Shown here in pieces: positions 39,252 to 49,800 of a DNA stretch of 64,000 nt; the stretch's first letter is position 1; every line of letters starts with the position of its first letter. Below the pieces are notes generated by a model that did not search any database, was not told the DNA's origin, and saw only the letters and a program-made list of their open reading frames with translations. Both the position numbers and the translations under genes were made by a program. Origin of the DNA: an uncultured virus (IMG/VR IMGVR_UViG_3300042053_000001) (lineage: Duplodnaviria; Heunggongvirae; Uroviricota; Caudoviricetes); IMG/VR virus record IMGVR_UViG_3300042053_000001. The stretch is one strand, 5' to 3'.

Positions 39252-40632
39252 ATCACAAAAGAAAGCCCAGAAATTAAGAGACACATTAAAATTTATACAA
39301 GAATTTCAGAAAAGAAGTAATGATGATGAGATATTCCCAGATCTATTAAAAGCAAAAAATATGGAAGTAACTCCTTCATCTTCTGCGATTATTAACACAA
39401 TAACAGGTATAGGTGGTTTTCCTAAAGGTCGCATAGTTGAGATATATGGAAGCTACTCCACAGGAAAGACTACAATAGCTATTGAATCAATGGCTTGTGT
39501 ACAACAGAACGACGAAGATGCATGTGTTTTATTTATAGATTTTGAACATGCATTTGATTGGACATACGCAAAAAAATTAGGTCTTTGTTTAGATCATGAT
39601 AAGTTTATTTACATGCAACCTACGTGCCTTGAACAAGGCGCAGATGCAGCTATCACTGCATCTGAACGAGATTTAGTTGATTTCATAGTTATAGATTCTG
39701 TAGCTGCTATGACTCCTAAAAGTGAAATGGAAGGAGATATGTATACAGAGAAAGGTACACAGAAAGGTCTTCAAGCCGCTTTACTATCTAAATTTCTTGG
39801 CATACTCACTAAGAAGATAACGAGGGGAAAGAAACCACCTGTAATTTTAATTAACCAAACTAGATCAAGTATCAATATCAATCCTCTTATAAAAGAAGAC
39901 ATTGATAAATCAGCTGGAGGTAAAGCGTTAACGTTTTATACAACTATGAGATTGGAATTAAAAGAGATTAAAAAGGAGGGAGGGGATAATAGAGGTACAA
40001 AAGGTACAGACCAAGCGTTTACACGTACCATTGTAAGTGTAAAATGCACAAAAAATAAGGTAGCTCCTCCTCAAATGCGAGGGAAGATCTGCATAGATTA
40101 TGGTTCAGGTATTGATAACGTAAGTTCTATTGTAGAGTTAGCCACAGCTCATTTAGGTTTAACCACTGGGGGTGGTTATTATGATTACGAAGGGGATTCG
40201 GAAGAAACTTCATTTAAAATAAGAGGTCTAGACAATCTACATGAATTATGTAAGTCAAATGATTCTTTAGCTTTAGAGTTAGAGAGAAAGGTTTTAGAGG
40301 CTCTAAAGAGAAAACATAGAGAGATGCTTTCTCTAGACGCTAATCAATGTAAATCATACTTACCGAAGGCACAAAACCGTAAAACTTCTTCAAACACGAT
40401 TCTTGATCAGTATGTAGATGAAGAGATAAAGGAAGTCCTTTTAACTCATGACATAGGTAACGAAGATAGGGTTAGTGGAGAAAAAATACTTTTACCTGTT
40501 GAGGTAGAAGAACCCTCGAAGGTAGAGGAAGAAGTACTTCTTGAACTAGAAAAGGTTCCTAGTTCAGATTCAGAAGGGGTATTAGATGAAGTTAAAATAT
40601 CTAGTGCTGAAATTGATAACTTAGGACTATAA
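39238..40632 (+). CDS. recA: RecA recombinase with a long acidic C-terminal extension
   Basis: GGFPKGRIVEIYGSYSTGKTT, FIDFEHA, VIDSVAAM, INQTR, GGKALTFY, KNKVAPP. Confidence 0.96.
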   Translation: MEQSKSQKKAQKLRDTLKFIQEFQKRSNDDEIFPDLLKAKNMEVTPSSSAIINTITGIGGFPKGRIVEIYGSYSTGKTTIAIESMACVQQNDEDACVLFIDFEHAFDWTYAKKLGLCLDHDKFIYMQPTCLEQGADAAITASERDLVDFIVIDSVAAMTPKSEMEGDMYTEKGTQKGLQAALLSKFLGILTKKITRGKKPPVILINQTRSSININPLIKEDIDKSAGGKALTFYTTMRLELKEIKKEGGDNRGTKGTDQAFTRTIVSVKCTKNKVAPPQMRGKICIDYGSGIDNVSSIVELATAHLGLTTGGGYYDYEGDSEETSFKIRGLDNLHELCKSNDSLALELERKVLEALKRKHREMLSLDANQCKSYLPKAQNRKTSSNTILDQYVDEEIKEVLLTHDIGNEDRVSGEKILLPVEVEEPSKVEEEVLLELEKVPSSDSEGVLDEVKISSAEIDNLGL

Positions 40633-40642
40633 AGGAGATTAT

Positions 40643-41362
40643 ATGCGTACAATTCTAGTAACAAGCTCAAGAGGAGTTAAGTCTCAAGATCTTCATGTTA
40701 TGAGACATAGTCTCAATAAAGCTTTTCCTCACGCCAAGGTAGTGACGATTGCCCCTCATATAGATGATCGCTGGGGAAGTTTAAGAGTAACTGATCCTTA
40801 TAATGGACAAAGTATAGAAAAAATAGCTACAGACTTCTACTCCATTAAAAATGGGTCTGTAGCGGATGTTATCTACCATGCTATACAATCCAGGGAAGAC
40901 TATGTAAAAAGTCCTTGGGATTTAGTTGTAGCAGGATGTACATACGGAAGTACTTTAGGTCTGGATATCTATCACTCAGGGAATGCCTCAGCGTGCATGT
41001 TAGCAACAAGCTTACTATCCATCACCTCTCTATGTATCTCTCAAGAGATAGACCCACCTATTGAATCGGAAGTGGATGTTCCACCTATGTCGGAGGAAGA
41101 CTTAGAGCCTTCATTCGCACCTTCTTACAACACGTTACCAGACATCCTTAGAAAGGTTGAGACTTTCGAAGAAGGTAGTTGTTGGAATATAAACATTCCA
41201 CGTAAACCATCTATGGGAGTTAAATCTTGTCAGGTTTCTTCAAGTTCGATTATCCGACCAGTCTCACAGAATGTAAAACAGGTTCAAAATAATCTTGGGA
41301 GAGATATACAGGCTGTAAGTGAAGGATATTGCACAGTGTCAAGGATTGGGTATTACTTTTAA
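40643..41362 (+). CDS. SurE-like protein lacking the catalytic NDDG motif
   Basis: ILVTSSRG, TIAP, GSVADV, DLVVAG..YG.TLG.DIYHSG, WNINIP, DIQAVSEGYCTVS. Confidence 0.75.
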   Translation: MRTILVTSSRGVKSQDLHVMRHSLNKAFPHAKVVTIAPHIDDRWGSLRVTDPYNGQSIEKIATDFYSIKNGSVADVIYHAIQSREDYVKSPWDLVVAGCTYGSTLGLDIYHSGNASACMLATSLLSITSLCISQEIDPPIESEVDVPPMSEEDLEPSFAPSYNTLPDILRKVETFEEGSCWNINIPRKPSMGVKSCQVSSSSIIRPVSQNVKQVQNNLGRDIQAVSEGYCTVSRIGYYF

Positions 41363-41375
41363 ATAAAGGTGTAAA

Positions 41376-42647
41376 GTGAAAGAAGATAATGGGGTTAGCC
41401 TGGAAGTTAGTGTTAGGAACTTCCAGGCTTTAGAGAATGTAGATCTTGTTATAAAAGGTTTTACAGTTGTAACAGGGGCTTCTAACACGGGTAAGTCTTC
41501 GTTAATAAGAGCTATAAGCTTCTGTTTATATGGGGATCAAGGCGAGACTTATATAAGGAGAGGTAAAGAGTATGCAGAGTGTAGTGTGACGCATACATTT
41601 CCATTATCTAATAAAAAGATAAGATATAGAAAAGTTTCGCAAAGCAGTACTAAAGAAGGGTTCTGTACAGAGTTCGAAATTGATGGAGTAGTTCATACTA
41701 AGTTAGGAAGGAGTCGCTCTATATCTATAGAGACAGGGTTTGAACCTGTCTCAACTACGTATGAAAGTCATAAGTTAAATCTGTCTTTACAACACGAAGG
41801 TTTATTTTTGATCTCAAGTCAGGGGTCAACTGTTGCTGAAGTTCTTCAATGTGTAGGAAGAGTAAATATCTTAACAGAGGCTTCAGGGTACGTTAAAGTA
41901 GACCACAGCCAAGAGACTTTAAAAAAGAAAGCTTGTTTAACTCTGGTAGAGGAGTGTCAAAAACGGTTTCAGGCGTTGGCATCTGTTCCAGAGATTAGTA
42001 GGAGTTTTTCAGAAGTAGACTCTTCTTTTGAAAAGATGGTAGGGGTCAGAAAGAAAAATAATAAGCTTCTAAACTTATTACAGGAGTTTTTAGGGATAAA
42101 GGTAGTCTCTCTCCCTAAGGCGTTGACACTATTCTCTCCTTTAACAGACTTGAAAATCCTCCCTTTACTTCGTGAATTACAGTCCATTAAACTTTTTACG
42201 TTACCTACCCACAAAGGTGCGAAAGATTTTGTAGATGTGGAAGATAGGTTAAAGAATATTCTCCTATTGAGAGAGCTTGAGAAGCTTCAAAGCAGTGTTC
42301 TACATTGTACAGTGGTACCTCCAGATAGTATGAAGTCTCCTTTTGTATCTTTAGTCTCTGATAAGAAAATCCCTCTTTTAGTAGAACTTTCTAACTTACA
42401 AGCTTCTCTAAGCTCTCACTCTACAAAGAATTTAAAACCTTTAGAGGAGAGTTTTAGACAAACAAGTCTAGGAGAGATTCCTCTTTATCAGGAGTTATGT
42501 ATGTTACAGGAAAGTCTTATAGATATTCAAACACGTCTTATAGAGGCTAAGGAGTCTATAACCAAGGTTGAAGAGTTAAAGAGAGAAATGGAAGTAGAGC
42601 TAGGAAATTGTCCTACTTGTGGAAGGAGTTTTGATAATGTTGAATAG
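41376..42647 (+). CDS. SbcC/Rad50-like ATPase, N-terminal half (Walker A, coiled coil, Zn hook)
   Basis: VRNFQ, VTGASNTGKSSLIRAI, C-terminal CPTCG; no signature or Walker B motif. Confidence 0.88.
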   Translation: MKEDNGVSLEVSVRNFQALENVDLVIKGFTVVTGASNTGKSSLIRAISFCLYGDQGETYIRRGKEYAECSVTHTFPLSNKKIRYRKVSQSSTKEGFCTEFEIDGVVHTKLGRSRSISIETGFEPVSTTYESHKLNLSLQHEGLFLISSQGSTVAEVLQCVGRVNILTEASGYVKVDHSQETLKKKACLTLVEECQKRFQALASVPEISRSFSEVDSSFEKMVGVRKKNNKLLNLLQEFLGIKVVSLPKALTLFSPLTDLKILPLLRELQSIKLFTLPTHKGAKDFVDVEDRLKNILLLRELEKLQSSVLHCTVVPPDSMKSPFVSLVSDKKIPLLVELSNLQASLSSHSTKNLKPLEESFRQTSLGEIPLYQELCMLQESLIDIQTRLIEAKESITKVEELKREMEVELGNCPTCGRSFDNVE

Positions 42648-43761
42648 TGAAATACCTACGATAGAACTACCTATGAACAATCCAAAAGTGTTTAGAGTTG
42701 TAGGAATTAATGACCCTCATTTCAGTGAAAGAGCCCCTTCAAATTTTAAAACTACTGAGGATTATTTTTCTCATGTAAAGGAGAACGTCACTAAGGTGAT
42801 AGAGAAGGCTCGTTCTTTGAATGCCGATGCAGTTCTGTGGGGTGGTGACATGTTCCACTCTATAAATGCAAAAGCAATCCCACACTCTCTAGTGTCACAG
42901 ATTTCTAGTTTACTTACTATGGTAGATACAGGTGGGGAAGATGAGAATCTTAGGTTTAAAGCTTTACCTTCTTTAGGGATAGCTGGAAATCATGATTACA
43001 AGAATGGGAGTGTAGAGGCAGGGCTATCAGGACAGCCTTTGGAAACTTTAATAAATTCAGGGATCTTCCATCTTTTAGATAGGACAGAGTATGTTTTCAC
43101 TTCGTCCGAGGATAAAAATTTCTCAGTTAGGATTGCAGGAGGATCTTACTATCACAGTAGAGCAGACCACGTTAAAGAGAAGAAGAGAAAAGGGGCTACC
43201 CATCTAATAGCTTTAGGTCACTTCTGGTTAGAAAAGTCTGACGGGGGTTTCTTTGGGGAAAAAGTATATGGTCATGGGTATTTTTCAGACAGTGAGGTAG
43301 ATACACTCATGGTAGGTCACCACCATGAGGATAAAGGCATCACAACGATAGGAAGGCAGGCGTTTGCGTCCCAAGGGTCAATATCTATTACAGGTCACCA
43401 TAATGAGTGTTTGGATAGAAAGCCCGCAGCTATTCTTATAGAACTAAAACCTGAGTATAGTGAAGAAGGTACTTTTTCTATTGATAGAAAAGTATACATA
43501 CTTAGACCTTCACAAAAGTCAGGAAGAGATTTAGTAGATGAGAATAAGGTGTCACAGAAGAAGAAAGAAAATAAACAAATATCAGATTTTCTTTCTCATG
43601 ACACAGGAGAAACCTCTATAGAATCCCCAATGGATTATCTTGGTGATATGAAACTTACAAAGGAGATAAAGGAAAGAACAGCAACATATATAAAAAGAGC
43701 AGAAGAGAGTGTTAAGGAAACAGAAATGATAGGTGAAGATAATGAAGGAAGTGCAGAATAA
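42637..43761 (+). CDS. sbcD: SbcD/Mre11-like metallophosphoesterase nuclease (ATG 42637; ORF open from 42619)
   Basis: NDPH, GGDMFH, GNHD, GH, GHHH motifs. Confidence 0.9.
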   Translation: MLNSEIPTIELPMNNPKVFRVVGINDPHFSERAPSNFKTTEDYFSHVKENVTKVIEKARSLNADAVLWGGDMFHSINAKAIPHSLVSQISSLLTMVDTGGEDENLRFKALPSLGIAGNHDYKNGSVEAGLSGQPLETLINSGIFHLLDRTEYVFTSSEDKNFSVRIAGGSYYHSRADHVKEKKRKGATHLIALGHFWLEKSDGGFFGEKVYGHGYFSDSEVDTLMVGHHHEDKGITTIGRQAFASQGSISITGHHNECLDRKPAAILIELKPEYSEEGTFSIDRKVYILRPSQKSGRDLVDENKVSQKKKENKQISDFLSHDTGETSIESPMDYLGDMKLTKEIKERTATYIKRAEESVKETEMIGEDNEGSAE

Positions 43762-44593
43762 CGAGAATTACCATGAGGATTACAGTAGTGTTGTAACGTA
43801 TTGGAATAAGGCAATATCATGGACAAAGTTCAATCAATCTATGAATTGTCAAAGGCAGTTACAGAATACCATTTTGGGTATGCCAAGTCCTGATTTCATA
43901 GATTATAATTACTATGCTGTTCTAGGTATAATAGTTCAAAGAGTGTTCGAGGTATACTTTAATAGACGGTTAAATATACAAAACAAGTATAGAAATGCAG
44001 CTTTCTATGACAAATTAATAGAGAGGGTGTGGAGCGCTATGTCTCCGGAGAAAGATACCGTTATCTACAGAGACGGAGAAACTCTTTCCAACTTAAACGA
44101 GGAGGTTATCTTCCTTTCTCACAAAGGGTTTAAGACATTTTCAGACATGGGAGTTCTTGGGTGTACTATTGACAGTGAAGTTCCATGGAGAACATGTTTA
44201 AGAGGCTTGACTCTATTTAGTAAGGTTGACTTTGTTCATGAGACTTTTTATGGAATCAAGATTTTTGACGGAAAATCTAATAAGGCGAGAGGTATATTAC
44301 CAGATCAGCTTCTCTTTAATTCTTTGACAGCTCTAGGTTCAAGTAAGACTGTTATAAGTGCGGGGTATGTATATTGGAGGTCTGGGTTTAGTAAGGAGGA
44401 TGTATCAGCCCCAGCCCTTAAAACTTTTAAAGATACAAAACTTCTAGCTCAAAAACCTCTATTCGACTCACTACAGAAGGGTATAAAACACGCCCTTCCA
44501 ACTTCGCCTTCACTTAGTAAGTGTAGGTTTTGTAAATGGGGAAGTCTTTGCTCAGACTCTCTTTATCCATCAGCCCATAACACAGGAGATTAA
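43733..44593 (+). CDS. PD-(D/E)XK nuclease (AddB/Cas4-like, Cys staple)
   Basis: SWT...NCQRQ, E, KVD, IFDGKS, QL, C-terminal CRFCKWGSLC. Confidence 0.8.
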   Translation: MKIMKEVQNNENYHEDYSSVVTYWNKAISWTKFNQSMNCQRQLQNTILGMPSPDFIDYNYYAVLGIIVQRVFEVYFNRRLNIQNKYRNAAFYDKLIERVWSAMSPEKDTVIYRDGETLSNLNEEVIFLSHKGFKTFSDMGVLGCTIDSEVPWRTCLRGLTLFSKVDFVHETFYGIKIFDGKSNKARGILPDQLLFNSLTALGSSKTVISAGYVYWRSGFSKEDVSAPALKTFKDTKLLAQKPLFDSLQKGIKHALPTSPSLSKCRFCKWGSLCSDSLYPSAHNTGD

Positions 44594-44594
44594 A

Positions 44595-44873
44595 ATGGGA
44601 ACTAAAGAAAAATACGACGAACTTAATTCAAAAAGAGAAAAGTTAAATTCAGATTTATCATACTTAGCAGCTCAAGAGGCTTTGAAGGTTCAGAAGATCG
44701 AAGCGATAAAGAAATCTCTTGAAGACTTAGGGTGTTCTACAGAAGACCCTTCAGCTCAAATTAAGGTTCTTGAAGAGAAAGAGGCAGAAAACTTAAAAAA
44801 AATAGAGGAAGAGTTAAAATCCTTTGAGGACAGTTTAATAGAGTGTGAGAAGTCAGGAGGGATCAATGTCTAA
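44595..44873 (+). CDS. Small coiled-coil protein
   Basis: 92 aa, E/K heptads, AGGAG RBS. Confidence 0.75.
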   Translation: MGTKEKYDELNSKREKLNSDLSYLAAQEALKVQKIEAIKKSLEDLGCSTEDPSAQIKVLEEKEAENLKKIEEELKSFEDSLIECEKSGGINV

Positions 44874-46131
44874 AGTCGAGTTCTCTGTAGATTCCGATGT
44901 GTTTAAATCTCACATTGATTTTGTTAAGAGTGGGTTAGGTGTCTCGGATACAAATATAGCTAACCTTCTTGTTTTGATGCGGTTAGAAGGAACAACCTTG
45001 CATTTCTTCACATCAAATAATGATATGTTCTGTATCACCTCAACTGAAGTTTCTCTTAAAGGTTCTTGTGAAGGTGTGAAGAACTTTAGTATCTTGGGGT
45101 CAAAGTTAACCTCATTAGTTCAAGTAACAGATACTGAATCCATTACTTTTACGGTAGAAGAAGGTGTTGTAGGAATTAAGGTAGGGTTATTTCAAATAAG
45201 CTTGATTCAGCTTGACTCAAAAGTCATCAGTTCTCTATTAGATATGTACATAAGGTATGAGGATTGTTCAGATTATTTTGAGGTAGACAGCTCTATTCTA
45301 CGTGAATCTGTATTGTGCGCATCTTCTTGCACTACTGTAAAGTCAGTAAGGTCAGAGTTAATGCATGTTCAATTAAGAAGAGGGAAGGTTATATCTACAG
45401 ATGGTAGGAGAGTAATGATATATGATGCTCCAAATGCTTTCCCTAAGGATAAAGGTTTCAAGATACCTTCATCATGTATAACCCAATCTGTTATCTGTAT
45501 GAAGCACATTCCTTCTTCTATAATCAAAGTGTCTGAGGAGTCTTCCCATTTTGTGTTCTCTGGGAATAACGTAGGGTTTATTTTTGGAGTAAGAAAAGTA
45601 GACAGTGATATTCCAGACATAGAGAATCAGGTTTGTAATGTAGAAGTCTCCCCTGAAGACGAAATCTCTATTGATGCTGCTTCTCTTGATAATGCAGTGA
45701 AATCTACTTCTATAGGAATAGACACAGATAGTGAGGTCATTAGGTTTGAAGTTCATGGTGAAGATAGAAAAGCTTACATAGAGATATCTGCTTTAAATTC
45801 CTTACAGAAAAGGTCTTATAAAAAAGCTAGCGTCTCTAGGGGAGGTAGTAAGTCTATATCCTTCCCTATTTCCTATAAGCATCTTTTAGAAACTTTGAAG
45901 ACTTCTACAAAAGGAGGAATCATTGATATCGAGGTTAGAACACCAGGAAATTATCTAGTTGTAAAAGATGAAACAGATGTTAGAATCGTTTATACATTAA
46001 TTCCTTTTAGGACTTCAAACGAACTTCAGGAAGAAATTCCTCACCCTAACACTCAGAGTGTTGAACCTAATATGGAAGACGTTATTCAAGAGTCTGATGT
46101 AGTAGATTCTTCTCAAGAGTTAGATTTGTAG
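44866..46131 (+). CDS. dnaN: DNA sliding clamp, beta (DnaN)-like (ATG 44866; ORF open from 44845)
   Basis: ~390-aa three-domain pattern; LHFFTSNND, STDGRRV, RKVDSDIPDIE, FPISYKHLLETL, LIPFR. Confidence 0.78.
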   Translation: MSKVEFSVDSDVFKSHIDFVKSGLGVSDTNIANLLVLMRLEGTTLHFFTSNNDMFCITSTEVSLKGSCEGVKNFSILGSKLTSLVQVTDTESITFTVEEGVVGIKVGLFQISLIQLDSKVISSLLDMYIRYEDCSDYFEVDSSILRESVLCASSCTTVKSVRSELMHVQLRRGKVISTDGRRVMIYDAPNAFPKDKGFKIPSSCITQSVICMKHIPSSIIKVSEESSHFVFSGNNVGFIFGVRKVDSDIPDIENQVCNVEVSPEDEISIDAASLDNAVKSTSIGIDTDSEVIRFEVHGEDRKAYIEISALNSLQKRSYKKASVSRGGSKSISFPISYKHLLETLKTSTKGGIIDIEVRTPGNYLVVKDETDVRIVYTLIPFRTSNELQEEIPHPNTQSVEPNMEDVIQESDVVDSSQELDL

Positions 46132-46153
46132 GTTTGAATTAAAGGGGATAAAA

Positions 46154-46807
46154 ATGCAAGTGGAAGAAGATGTAGAGATAGACCTATTGCAAAAACTTGT
46201 ACAAGATGTAAAACTTAGAGTTAAAGTTCTTGAACACACTTTTTCAGATAGGGAAGCAGTGCTAAAGAAAGCTCAAGATGACTCAGAAATTACAGAGAGA
46301 GAGTTACAGGTTTTACAGCAAGTGAAAGAAGTTCTGTCTGCAATAACAGGTAAGTGTTTTAGTTCTGCTACTAAGAGGATAGAAGGTCTAGTTAATAAAG
46401 GGCTAAGTGAGGTTTTCGACGATCAGAACTTAGTATTCTCTATTCGGGCAAGTGTTTCAAGAAAGAAGAGTTTTGTATCATTTCACTTAAGAGAGGGTTC
46501 AACTGGTGAGGATCTTCCTTTAATATCCTCTTATGGAGGAGGTGTTCTTAGTGTTATAGCAATTCTTTTGAGGATTACAACAATTCACCTTCTAGAGAAA
46601 AGAAAGGTTTTGATCTTAGATGAGTCTTTATCTCAAGTCTCAGATGAGTATATAGAGAATTTATCAGCGTTCTTAAACAACCTGTGTGAGAACAGTGATT
46701 TTATAATCCTTCTAGTCACTCATCAAAGAAAGTTCACTACTTATGCATCAGAACATTATCGAATGGTAAAAGGGTCGAATTCGACTACTTTAGAAAGGGT
46801 AACATGA
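46154..46807 (+). CDS. SbcC/Rad50-like ATPase, C-terminal half
   Basis: Coiled coil, then signature SYGGG, Walker B LILDESL and H-loop LLVTH. Confidence 0.88.
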   Translation: MQVEEDVEIDLLQKLVQDVKLRVKVLEHTFSDREAVLKKAQDDSEITERELQVLQQVKEVLSAITGKCFSSATKRIEGLVNKGLSEVFDDQNLVFSIRASVSRKKSFVSFHLREGSTGEDLPLISSYGGGVLSVIAILLRITTIHLLEKRKVLILDESLSQVSDEYIENLSAFLNNLCENSDFIILLVTHQRKFTTYASEHYRMVKGSNSTTLERVT

Positions 46808-49800
46808 GTAATTCAGACGAAGATCTATATGAAGTCTACTCAACAATGCAAGAGCAAATGTTGCCTGAGGATCGTCAAGCTCTAGAAGGAGGTTTTACTT
46901 CTGGAGGAAATCTTATAGACTTCATTGATCTAAGACCTGAACACACTCTAGATGAGTCTAAAGTGTTAAACCCTCCCATTGTAAATGATGGTGAGGGTTT
47001 ACTCACTTTTTTACGTAAAACACTTCATAAGTTCCAATGTCCTTACGCATATATAGGGGGGGAGGCGAACTCCCCTTCTGTAGATACATATAAAGACTCA
47101 AAGTTAAAGATTCTTATTTGCAGACTGTCAACTTATAACTCTGTTAGTTTGTCCATGTCTCACTCACTAATGGCTCAAATATATGCAGAGATAGACAACG
47201 TATTTTGTGATCTAGCTTTTCTTCCAAGCCCTAAAGACTTCGAACTATTATGTAAAAATAGTTTCCCTGTATGGTTTGGGTTAAACACAAAGTTAGGTGC
47301 TAAGAAGTTCGATATTTTATCCATAACACATGCAGTAGTTATGGAGCAGGTTAATTTCATTCCTTTACTATGGGAGTCAGGGATACCTATATTTAAATCA
47401 CAGAGGATAGATGACGAGTCACAACCTATAATTCTGGTTGGGGGTTCCAATTCAGGGACAACAGCCCCTTTAAATGGAGAGTTTAAAGATAGTACAGGAA
47501 AGGTTCATAGAGGAATCATAGACTGTGTTATTTACGGTGATGGTGAAGAAGCTGCTAAACAGTTCGTAGAGATAGTTATAAGTGGTAGAAAAGAGGGTAA
47601 GACAAAAAGGGAAATCTTTAGAGATTGCCACGGAAATGTAGAGGGTTTTTATGAGCCAGATTGTTACGAACACAATTATGACGGGAAAGGTGTCTTAACC
47701 TCGATAACAAAGTCTAAAGGTAGAGAATATGCAGATCTACCGGTCGTACGCGCTACGGTTGAAAACTTAGATACTGTTAGAACATTAGAAGAAAAGATTT
47801 TACCTTACAGTGGTGACGGTACTTCCGTAGACGCTGCTATTGCAGGCTCAGTAGGGTGTATAGGTTCTGCGGGTTTAGGTGCATGTTCTTTTTGTAGAGA
47901 AGGGTCAGAAGGACCGTATAGAGAAAGATCTTTAGATAAAGTTATTGAAGCCATCGGGTTAGCTACAAAGAATCAAGGTACTAAAGAGGTAACATTCTTC
48001 TCTTTAAATTTTAACCAGTATGCAGACTTCTTCCCTCTAGTAGCGAAGAGTGTAGAGAAGGGTTATAAGGTTGGACTCATCTCACAACGGGTAGATATGC
48101 TTGCAGAAACACCTGAACAGATTTCTGTTCAGAAATGGTTAAAAAAATCTAATTATACTTTAGGGATAGAAGGAATTTCTGGAAGAACTAGAGCGTATTT
48201 AAACAAGAATCTTCAAGAGTGGGAGATTCTCAAGTGTGTTTATGTAATGATGAAAGAAGGGGCTTCGGAAATAAAATTGTTTCAAATTCTAACAGGGTTA
48301 GAAACTGATGTAGACATCGATGAGTTCAATACATTGATGGAGAAGATCAATGCAATAAGAGCTAATTTAGGGGCTTGTACAAGGTTTAGGATATCTTTCA
48401 CACCTCTATTTCCAGCAGCTTTCACAGCTCTACAGTTTGCACCTGTTAGAGCTGCTTTGAACCATGGGGCCAGGTTGGTAGATAAAGTTTTCATACGGGC
48501 TAAAGAACTAGGGTGGAATAGAAGGTTTTCAGTGACAAGGGAAGAACCTCTAATAGCAAACTCTATTACACATGGAGGTCGTGTACTTACAGATATTCTT
48601 GTTCGATCATACTTCTGTGATGATTATGTGTTCTACGGATGTATTCCTGAAGGAACTTGGGATAGGTGGGAGAGAAGAATAGATAAAGATCCTAATATAG
48701 ATATAGATAGAATCTGGGGAGAGAAAGAGAAAGATTATGTATTTCCTTGGGAGGACATTGCTTACTCTACTACCAAACAAATTTTGTGGTTAGGGTATGT
48801 AAAAGCTACTGCTTTTATGGGATCTACATATTGTCTATCTACTAGAACAGTTAAAGGGATATGTAAGTGGAGAGAGTGTGGGGCATGTGACCCTAAGAAA
48901 ACAGGTAAGCCTAATGCACAAATAATGAAAAATATTGTAGGAAGAAAGGTAGCCCCTACTATACCAGTATCAAAGATAGCAGAACTTGCTAAGACAAATG
49001 ATAAGAGCTACCACGTAAGAGTCTTATTTAGAACAGAAGATCCTATATACCGGTACGTTAGTAAAGGGTATTTTTCTTGTCAAATACCACGAGCCTTAAT
49101 GCTTACATCTCCTAAGTTTGATAATGCTTATATAACCAGTCTAGGACATGCCAGAATGTCGGCAGGAGCAAATACAACCAAGGATTGGACTTTTGGAAGC
49201 AACATCTATGACTTTTCTTTACGAGAAAAAGTGTCGCAGCAAGAGTTAAAATCTATTCTTCCTGAAGCTAACAAGTTAATAGGTGAGGGAAGTATTTTAG
49301 ATATAAAAGTAGAGACTCACCTAACTATGTTGAGAAACGACGTAGATTATGCTGTTTACAGTGTTTTCATCCCTAATAAAGGGGTGACGTTTCATAAGCT
49401 TAGTACTGATATAGATAGGTTTATTGAAGCTCGTAATAAGGGAAAGAAGGCTTTTATAAATGTAAAGGTTGCAAAGGGAAAGGATTCTGTTGCTACGGTT
49501 AAGAAACTACTTTTAGATAAGGATGTAAGAGCGGTTACTTACCAATTTACCCCTGAATTTAAAGGTACATTAGTTAGAATGGCTATATCTGCAAACTTCA
49601 ACCCTTTCGCTATGTTGGAAGCTATTACGAAGAGGAAGTTTCAGATGTGGAAAGAGTTCCCTATTTTCTGTGACGGGTATGTACAGGTTCCTAAGGTCGA
49701 AGGTGAGGTAGATTTGTTCGCTACTCTCCTAAATGAAAACCCTTTATGTAAAGCTACAGGGAGACAGATCGAGATAGACTTATTTACAGGTAAAGTTCTA

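Noticed and set aside
43733..44593. CRISPR-associated Cas4
   Set aside because: Stand-alone PD-(D/E)XK nucleases with a Cys staple are common in phage recombination modules; no cas1/cas2 or array
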